DNA of 64,000 nucleotides, from positions 48,608,001 through 48,672,000 of the forward strand of contig OX597823.1 in the NCBI GenBank assembly GCA_951406725.2. Reading direction: 5' to 3'. A program made the translations under genes and the position numbers. Below, in pieces: positions 53,190 to 64,000 of the stretch (position 1 is the stretch's first letter; each line of letters starts with the position of its first letter). This DNA is from Octopus vulgaris (Eukaryota). The notes beneath the pieces were generated by a model, which was given only the letters and a program-made list of their open reading frames with translations, searched no databases and was not told where the DNA came from.

Positions 53190-53500
53190 TTGTTTCAGTC
53201 ATTAGACTGTGGCCATGCTGGGGCACTACCACTTTGAAGAATTTTCGATGAACAAATATTCCCCAGTACTTAATTGTTTTTACTCTATTTTTAAGCTTGG
53301 CACTTATTCTATTGATCTCTTTTGCTGAAATGCTAAGTTATGGAGACACACAAGCACCGATTGTCAAGTGGTGGTGGTGGGAGACAAACATAGTTACAAA
53401 GACACACACACACATGATGAGCTTCTTTCAGTTTCCATCAGTCAAATCCACTCGGCTAAAGTAAAAGACATTTATCTAAGGTGCCATGCAGTGGGATGAA
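53190..53500 (-). mobile_element. SINE family B copy
   Basis: Colinear with 37048-37468. Confidence 0.7.
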
Positions 53501-55220
53501 CAGTCTTTCCACTTACTCATTCTCTCCTGTAGGCTAGAGGCTTTCAACTTCGCTTTGGAGGATTTCTTCCAACCACTCACTTCATTTACTGTCTGCCACG
53601 CCAAGGAAAACTGTTTGTAGTGTGCTGCGTTTTTGATTTTATCAATTTAGCTTTGAATGTATTTTTGCTGTTCTGTTTGATATAATACATTAAGTTCTTT
53701 CAGTGCCTTTGTTTTTCTATTTAAGTTTCTTCTTGTAGAATTCCTGTTGTGCTGTTTGGCTATTCCCATTATGTTAATTCATTTTGCGAGCACTGTGTGA
53801 CTTTCCCAGGGGAGCTCTTCATTTCACTTTTGGCCTCAAAGGAATACATTTTTCAGCAGCTTAGACGATGTTGAGATATGTTGTGTTTGGTGTGTGATCT
53901 TCATTTGCATCTTGTAATGCATCAAAGTGATTTCTGAGTTTGTGAAATCATTTCAGACTTTCTCATTGTACATCCAAATAGCCTGGTTGTAGGGAGCTCT
54001 TGAGGTTCCTTTTATCCTGTTTGCTCAGAGGCTTACCTGAAGCTTAGATGTTACCACTTGATGGTCAGATGATACACCAAAGAAAGTGTTGTATGCTTCA
54101 CAGTAGAGGCCAGCTGTTAATCCACTTTTTGTTCATGATAATATAGACTAGCTGGGCTTTGAATCCTTTTGGAGAAGTATGGATCCACTTCTTTCCCGGT
54201 CTCTTTTGAAAATAAGTGTTCAGGCATTGTAGTTTGTTTTCTACCAAGAAGTGCTCTATGTGTTCTCCATTTCGGTTTGAGGGAACGAGTACTTATGATG
54301 GGAATTGTCATGGCCTAATTGTGCATTCATATCTCCATCAATGATAATATTGTGTTTTGCTATAGATTGTACAAGAGATGATAAATCATTGTAAAATTTT
54401 ATAACCTCTTGTTCATCGTTGACATTTGTTGGACTGTAGCAGCAGGTAACAGTAGTAGAAGGGTTACTGTTGAAATTGACAACTATTATTCTAGATGTTA
54501 TTTTCTCAATGTTGTTTAGTGATTTCAGGGCATGCGGGCTGAGGAATAATCCTACACTGCCAATTGAAAAGAGACTTTTTCCTACTTTGGCCATGGACAG
54601 AATGATCACCTCCGGTAAACTGGCAGGGCCACCCAAGGCTGGCAGGTTGATGTTGAACCCAAACTGGCAAATGAGGTTCTGGTTACCTACATAGGGAGCA
54701 GCATAGCAGGTGTGAAGCCTTAGTGGAATAACTGTCAGCCTAGTCAACAGTAAGGTGCACAGCATGCTGGGCAGAGAAATCAAAAACAGATAAATGGCTA
54801 GGGTCAACCAGTTCAGTCAGGGACATATTGTGATCATCAATAGACATGGCTTACACTGATGATTATACTGAGCTATCGAATGACTAGTTATGACTATTAA
54901 TCATTTCAGAAACTCATACTGCATCGATCGTCGTGTGGATTACCAAGGGTCGTTACCAGAGATGCCAGTTCTAGCACCTGCATTCAACAAGTCAACAACA
55001 GAACCAAACTTGAAACTTGCCAGATGCAAGCATCCTGTTAAAGTACTGACTTTCAATTGAAGAACTTCAAAATCTATGTCTCAAATATCAGAACTTGCAG
55101 CATTGGCAATCAACTTTCATACTGACAGCTTGTGAGTACAGGAATGCTGTCTCTTCCACAACGATCATGATTTAAAGCATCTTGTACTTGATAACAACTG
55201 GACTTTTATGTCGGCATCTG
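53500..55220. mobile_element. Decayed RTE-like LINE endonuclease region with an inverted 5' segment
   Basis: Minus strand ~53500-54575: SIGSVG...CYSPTN...GDMNAQLG...VSSDH (APE domain). Plus strand ~55075-55220: QISELA...VQEC...NNWTFMSAS, the APE N-terminus in the opposite orientation. Confidence 0.75.
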
Positions 55221-55249
55221 TATAATAACAATAATTAAAAAAATAATAA

Positions 55250-56086
55250 TCCTTTCTACAATATGTACAAGGCCTGAAATTTTGGTGAATTGGTAGGTTG
55301 ATAACAACAACTCCAGTGCTTAACTGGCACTTATTTCATTGACTAGAAAAGGATGAAAAGCAAAGTCGACCTCAGTGGAATTTGAACCCAGAACATAAAG
55401 ACAAACGAAATGCCACTAAACGCCACTAAGCATTTTGTCCAGCATGCTAACAGTTCTACCAGCTCGCCACATTACTATTACTAATAATGATAACAGTAAT
55501 AACAATATTAGCAACAATAATGATAATAATGATAACAGTAATAACAATATTAGCAACAATAATGATAATAATCCTTCCTACTATAGGCACAAGGCCTGAA
55601 ATTTGGGGGTGGGGACAGTCAATTACATCGACCCCAGTATACAACTAGTAATTAGTTTATCAATCTCAAAAGGATGAAAAGTAAAGTCGACCTCAGTGGA
55701 ATTTGAACTCAGAACATTAAGACAGACAAAATGCCACTAAATATTTTGCCTGGTGTGGTAACAATTCTACCATCTCACCATCTCACTATTACTAATAATA
55801 ATAACAGTAATAATAATAACAACAACAACATTAATAACAACAATAATAATAATCCTTTCAACTAAAGGCACAAGGCCTGAAATTTTGAGGGAGGGAACTA
55901 GTCGAATACATTGACCCCAGTGTTTCACTGGCACTTAATTTATTGACCTTGAAAGGATGAACAGCAAAGTTGACCTTGGCGGGATTTGAACTCAAAAAGT
56001 GAAGACGGATGAAATACAGCTAAGCATTTTGCCCGGCGTCCTAGCAATTCTACCAGCTCGCCACCTTAATGGTAATAATAATAATG

Positions 56087-56127
<41 letters not shown>

Positions 56128-56338
56128 CCTTTCTATTAAAGGAACAAGCCCTGAAATTTTGGGAGAAGGAACTGATCAATTATTTCGAACCAAATGTTTC
56201 TCTGGTACTTAATTTATCGATCTTGAAAGGGTAAAAAGCAAAGCCAGCCCTGGCAGAATTTGAACTCAGAAAGTGAGGATGAATGAATTACAGCTAAGCA
56301 TTTTTTCTGGTGTGCTAACAAGTCTGCCAGCTCACTGC
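55250..56338 (-). mobile_element. Head-to-tail array of 4 SINE family A copies with (AAT)n spacers
   Basis: Units at approximately 55250-55470, 55571-55785, 55852-56067 and 56127-56338. Confidence 0.85.
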
Positions 56339-56405
56339 AATAATAATAATAATATTAATAATAAAAATAATAATGATAATGATGATGATAATAATAATAA
56401 TTAAT

Positions 56406-56471
<66 letters not shown>

Positions 56472-57525
56472 GAGGATTGTAGGGTATGAATATTGTGAGA
56501 AAAAAAAATGAAGCCATTCAGTAATCTATATTTATCATAATAAGAGCATTGGTTATTGATTATGAATACACAATTACATACAATTTAGATACAGTATTAT
56601 TATTAAGTAGTAGAAAATCCTCAATTAGTTCTTTTGTTTTACATTTAAATCTAGAGTAATATCTAATTTCCTTCAAGAGCTTATTTCCTGGTTTTCTTCT
56701 TCTTTCCTTAGTAAACAAAATGGTAAGGGAAGCTGTTAATATAATTGTTTGCTAGTTATCACTATAAAACTGAAATCTTAATAAATGGCTTTAATTAATT
56801 TGCTAATTAAGATACAGAATATTGGACATAACCAATTAAAATTTCGAAGCAAGTTTCATGTAATTTCAAAATCAAATAAGGTTACATAAAAGTAATGGTT
56901 AATTAAGCCATCAAACCTTTAAAACAATACTCTCATAATCACTCAAGGGAATATTCACTAATGTTTCACAATTTGTGGTTTTCATTTTAGTTAAAGAAAA
57001 GAACAATCACTGCATTGATTTAATCTCATTTGTTTGCAGTTTTTATTGTATGATAATGCCTAATATGGTTTGTTATCTGATTGTTTTTTTTCAATACCTT
57101 GACATATATAACACTTATTATCAAATTTTACTTCTTTTTATCACTAAAACACTTCATTACTTGAGCAAAACAGTGATAAAGGTTTCATTAGCACAGTGAG
57201 TAATGTATTTTGGTGAAATGATACAGCAACGTTTTAGCTAATATGCAATTATTTTATAATGTAAATTAAGTCAGAGTCAAATCTGAGCAAATAATCACAG
57301 TTTAATAAAGAGATAATACTGTGGACTCTCAGTATTCGGAAGAGACCAAGAAAAGAAAATGAAACGTTTATAGGAGTAGCATTTCTTGAGATGGAAATAA
57401 AAGTTGCAGTTTTCACTAAGAGAGTCAGATATTTTACAACAGATTTTAAGTTCTGAGCACATATTCACTAGCAGAAAACAATGTAGTAACAATATATACA
57501 CACACACACATACACAAACACACAC

Positions 57526-57572
<47 letters not shown>

Positions 57573-57589
57573 TATATATATATACACAC

Positions 57590-57666
<77 letters not shown>

Positions 57667-57673
57667 CATATAC

Positions 57674-57706
<33 letters not shown>

Positions 57707-57707
57707 C

Positions 57708-58274
57708 AGCAGAACTCAAAGCAATTCAGAGAAGCTACACAAAGAAAATCGTCTCAATGCAAAATATCAGCTACTGGGAAAGACTGAAGGTATTAAGCCT
57801 CTTCTCCCTAGAGCGGAGGCGGGAGAGATATGCAGTGATATACATCTGGAAAATCCTGGAGGGTCTTGTCCCAAACTTTGGCATTCAAAGTTACTCCAAC
57901 CGCAGAACGGGCGCTGCTGCGTGGTGCCAAGGATTCCAACATCACCATCAAAATACAGGTCCAGATACTGCAACAGCTTGGGTTTCAGAGGACCACAGCT
58001 CTTTAACATCCTCCCTAAAAGCCTGAGAGACTTACATGGTGTGGATGTGGGTTTCTTTAAAACTAAACTGGATCTCTTCTTGTTGGGAGTCCCAGATGAA
58101 CCTACCTCACGACAGGAGACGTGGATGCGGGCAGCAGCATCGAACTCCCTTGTTGATCAAGTGCCATGTATCAGAGGTGGATTCACAAACTAGTGTAGCT
58201 CATTCAGCGGTGGTGCCCCAGCATGGCCGCGGCCTTCGGGCTAAAACATTTTTAAGGATTTAAGGATTTAAGGA
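57708..58274 (+). mobile_element. CR1/L2-like LINE 3' fragment inserted in a TA tract
   Basis: [21 protein letters not shown]...GPQLFNILP...[12 protein letters not shown] with one frameshift. (tttaagga)n tail. Confidence 0.9.
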
Positions 58275-58423
58275 TATATACATATATATATACATATACA
58301 TATATACATACATATACATATATATATATACATTTATATATACATATATATATACATATACATATATATATACATACATATACATATATATATACATATA
58401 TATATATACATATATATATATAC

Positions 58424-58454
<31 letters not shown>

Positions 58455-58727
58455 CATATATAAACGATGATGATGATGATATATATACATATATATAAAT
58501 ATATACACACATATAAATATATACACATATATATATAAATATATACACATATATATATAAATATATACACATATATATATATAAATATATACACATATTA
58601 TATATACATATATATACACACATACTTATACACACATATATATATATATACACACACACACATATATACATATACTTATATATTCATACACACACACACA
58701 TATATATACATATATATATATATACAG

Positions 58728-58762
<35 letters not shown>

Positions 58763-58844
58763 CAAACATATGTTTTCCGTCCAACCCGTGCTAGCGTGGA
58801 AAACGGACGTTAAACGATGATGATGATGATGATGTATATACATA

Positions 58845-59068
58845 TTTTTATTTTTATTTTTAGAATTGGGCTCAGAGCTGTGGCCATGCTGTGGCACTGC
58901 TGTTTTGCTACACTGTTACTACTGAGAGCCTCCTCTAATATGTAGCACTTGGTGAAGAATGGAATTTGAAGTCACTACCCTCATTTGCACCTCTTGCCAT
59001 GGGCTAGGTTCATCTGGGACTCGCGACAGAAAGAGGTCTAGTTTTGATTTGAAAACATCTACATCCAC
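58845..59068 (-). mobile_element. Short 3' fragment of the same CR1/L2-like family, opposite orientation
   Basis: VDVDVFKSKLDLFLSRVPDEP...NSILHQV, followed by cagcatggccacagctc. Confidence 0.8.
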
Positions 59069-59084
59069 TTTATGAAGGCTCTTT

Positions 59085-59850
59085 AGGAGAATATTAAAAA
59101 GCTGTGGGCCCTGAAACCCCAGTGTTTAACACTATAAATACCAACAGCCTGTCAACAGGGATCTTAATCTAAACAGTATCAAGGTATGATATAATATATA
59201 CGTAACATATGGTATAATTATAAGCAGGGAAAATTTTAGCTATTTCTCCAGAGACTGAAAAAATGACGAACAACTTTAATTCATTTTCAAACCTTATTAG
59301 GTTCACATCAGATCCGTCCACATCACTTTGACAATCTCCAGAGAAACAAGCAGCCAAACTCTTTATATTCTGGGTTTTTTTTCTTTTTGCCCTTATTTAT
59401 ATAATTTTCACCTTAAAAAGAATTTTTCATATGCTTGCCACTGATAAAATTTTTAAATAAAGTTTGATCCTTATATCAGATGTAAATTAATTCTCATTCA
59501 CTCCGGGACTAATTAACCACTAGTGTGCATTTCCTGACTGACTACATTTGTGCCGAGGCTTGCTATGGAATATCGTTGTGGATGTATTTGGGGTGCTTAA
59601 ATGTATTCATGACTTTGCATCTATTTTTCTGTGGGTATATCTAAGTATTTCATTTATTTTCATTTTGTGTTCCCCGCTGATGAAGGAAGAATCCTTTATG
59701 GATTAATCCAGAAATCAGAACTGATTCAGGGATAACTTTATTTTTATGAATTTCTTTTAGCTTGCTTCCTTCAATTCAGCATGTGGTATAATAATACAAG
59801 TGAAAATATTTCATGTGGTTAGACTACTGAGCCTCTATTTTTCAGCATTT
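59085..59850 (+). mobile_element. Probable Penelope-like element 3' end / pLTR remnant
   Basis: IKKLWALKPQCL at 59093-59128 resembles the GIY-YIG terminal WIxxLxTLxPxGLN motif. A hammerhead-like motif lies downstream. Boundaries are approximate. Confidence 0.5.
59671..59732 (+). ncRNA. Type I hammerhead-ribozyme-like motif with complete core
   Basis: TCCCCG-CTGATGA-AGGA AGAA TCCT-TTA-TGGAT TA ATCCA-GAAA-TCAG AA CTGA-TTC-AGGGA. Stem III AATCAG/CTGATT, UUC triplet, stem I TCCC/GGGA. Confidence 0.6.
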
Positions 59851-59952
59851 TGGCAAAAACAATTTTTTTCTTTTTGTCTTCATTTATAATAATAATAATA
59901 ATAATAATAATTGTGTACAGTGCTCAGGTGCACTACAACTATAATTGTGTGC

Positions 59953-59997
<45 letters not shown>

Positions 59998-60372
59998 TCT
60001 GTGAATATCTGTTGCAAATGTCTTACGAAATATATCTAACACCTACACATGCATATAAACATATTTTCATTTATTCAGACCGTTTTAAAAACTCAGCCTA
60101 CCAACATGTAATACTTTTATCTAAATTAGCCCTGATGAGTTTTTACTTATATAATATTCTAAATTCAAACTTTATTTTATTTTATCTATAAATTAGTATT
60201 GAGTAAAACTGAAACAATTGTAGGTATATACACACCATTTTCTTCTTGTCATATTCTATATTTTTAATAAACCCATTTATATCAATGTGATATTTATTAT
60301 AGATATAGGGTATTAAACCAGTGTAACCAGGATGGTTTCATCCCGATAAGAGGAGTACATACCCTTGCAGTG

Positions 60373-60416
<44 letters not shown>

Positions 60417-60546
60417 CCACACACACACGTGTGCACACATATATACATATAGAAATACATATATATAGACACATACATTTATATATACATATATATGCAT
60501 ATACACACACACGCACATGCACACACACACACATATATATAAAATG

Positions 60547-60558
60547 TCTTCTTACATT

Positions 60559-60600
<42 letters not shown>

Positions 60601-60612
60601 AATGTAAGAAGA
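60547..60612. repeat. Perfect 66-bp palindrome: 14-bp unique arms around (AT)19
   Basis: tcttcttacatttg-(at)19-caaatgtaagaaga. A third arm-like copy lies at ~60656-60678. Confidence 0.9.
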
Positions 60613-61532
60613 AATAGTTTATATATATATATGTGTGTGTGTGTGTATGTACATATCATATGTAAGAAGAGATAGTTTCAGAAGTTTACTTTAAACCATA
60701 AAATGTATTTAATACTCTCAAAAACTGTTTTGAATTTAAATGTATATTCTAAAATGTTAAAGTTTATCAATTTAATGTTCTATGGTGACAACAAAAGCCT
60801 TGTATTTTATGGAATAAATCAAAAGATAAAATATCATGAGATCAAGGAAGTGATATGGAATAATTTTAACTTGCAAAACAAAATTACAGGATAAAATTAA
60901 GTCTTAAAAGAAAAATAACTAATTGGCTAAAAATTATAGGAATTGATAGGAATGTTGCATACCAAGTTAATTAAAGTCAGACAGAAACTAATTCAAATTG
61001 ACAGTCTAATTAATAAAATTCATGCTTAAAGGCTTGGAAAATAAAGCCAAAATCTAAGTGCACAATCAACAATACAAGAAACATTGGTTAATGTGTATTT
61101 TTTAAAAAACTGATATGAGAAGTTGTGATTGAGTATTTATATAAAATATTAATGTTATTAGAATCTATGAATGGTGAAAAAAATTGGGATTTTCACCATC
61201 TAAACAACAAACATAATAAGAGCTCAATATTATCAATATTCAGTCATAACTTAGAAGTATTCAATTAGTTTATTTATGGAGAATATGACAAAAAAAAATT
61301 GAAGAACATATGATTAAATGTTATTTAACTGAGTATTTAGGAAGAACCATGAAAATGTTACTAATTGCATTAAAAGACTGATTTATTTGACCAAATATCC
61401 AAAACACTCAAGTGGGTCATTTGGAATAAAAGTGTATGGTAACAAAGTTGCAGTGTAAATATTAAAATGTAAGTTCAAAATATTCTATAGTTAAGAAATA
61501 TGTAAATTATATATGCAAATTTGATATTATAT

Positions 61533-62115
<583 letters not shown>

Positions 62116-63184
62116 CTGGGACCACTACTGTTCATAATGGCCCTCTCAGACATGCCCTCAGCCACGCAGAGAGCCACGATCACAAGTTATGCAGATGATA
62201 CAAAAGTTTCACAGGCAATACAGAACCCTGAGGACACTAAACACCTGCAATGTGAGCTGGACGAAATATACTAGTGGGCTGAAAAGAATAGCATGCAGTT
62301 CAATGCTGGAAAGTTTCAAGCTTTATACTATCAGCATGCAAAACTGAATGCAATACCCAATGAATACACTGGACCCGGAGGGATTGCAATCCCAGAGGCA
62401 CATTCAGTGCGTGACCTGGGTATTCACATGAGTGATGACGCGACCTTTCGTGTACATGTTGCTAAACTGACAATGAAATGTAGACGGCTGGCTGGATGGA
62501 TTCTTAGAACCTTTAGAACAAGAGAACAAGAAACCATGATGGTCCTCTGGAAGACACTTGTCCTAAGCCACTTTGACTATTGCTCTCAGCTATGGTCACC
62601 ATCCAGTGTCAAGTTGATCACAGAACTTGAGGCGATCCAACGAAGCTACACAAAGAAGATAGCCTCTATGCAGAATGTAAGCTACTGGGAAAGACTCAAG
62701 AGATTAAAATTATATTCCCTGGAGCGTAGGCGGGAAAGATATGCCATAATATACATCTGGAAGATCCTGGAGGGAAGTGTCCTGAACTTTGGCATCGAGA
62801 GTTACGCAAATGCCAGAACTGGGCGCCACTGCGTGGTGCCTAGGACTCCAAACCTGCCATCAAGATGTAGGACAAGATACTGTGATAGCCTGGGCTTCCG
62901 AGGCCCACAGCTCTTCAATATCCTCCCGAAGAACCTGAGAGACCTGCATGGGGTGGATACAGATGTCTTTAAAATGAAGCTGGATCTCTTCCTGTCAGGT
63001 GTCCCAGATGAACCAACTTCACGGCAGGAGGGGCAGATGAGGGCAGCTGCATCGAACTCTCTCATGCACCAAATAGCAGCTGCTAGAAAGCCTCCATGAA
63101 GTGAAACCAAGTAGCAACACAAAATGGCGGTGCCCCAGCATGGCCACAGCTCATAAGCTGAAACTAGAATCAATCAATCAATCA

Positions 63185-63187
<3 letters not shown>
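62116..63187 (+). mobile_element. 5'-truncated CR1/L2-like LINE (RT motifs 4-7 and C-terminus)
   Basis: LGPLLF...SYADDTK, one in-frame TAG near 62272, then ORF 62293-63099 ([31 protein letters not shown]). (TCAA)n tail and TA tracts on both sides. Confidence 0.92.
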
Positions 63188-63224
<37 letters not shown>

Positions 63225-63233
63225 TATATATAC

Positions 63234-64000
<767 letters not shown>

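Overview
This is AT-rich eukaryotic DNA dense in microsatellites and transposon relics. The SINE, LINE and microsatellite complement resembles that of an octopus (coleoid cephalopod); this is inferred from family recognition, not a database search. Only one host protein-coding gene is well supported. It lies on the minus strand: a large first coding exon (19355-20664, ATG at 20621) splices in phase across an ~18.5 kb intron to a 240-bp exon (632-871), and the gene continues beyond the left edge. The encoded part is low-complexity and cannot be named. The rest consists of tRNA-derived SINEs (including two oppositely oriented head-to-tail arrays), RTE, CR1/L2-like and RLE-type LINE fragments, a decayed Penelope-like element (RT + GIY-YIG), Tc1/mariner relics, hAT-like and piggyBac-like MITEs, long (TA)n/(CA)n/(AAT)n tracts and a 100-N assembly gap. 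The most notable signal is a set of short elements beside TA/CA tracts, several of them foldback or palindromic, that carry minimal type I hammerhead-ribozyme-like cores (CUGANGA-stem-GAAA-..-NUH) in about five unrelated sequence contexts. This is consistent with non-autonomous Penelope-derived ribozyme elements. Nearly all ORFs in the supplied track are microsatellite artefacts.
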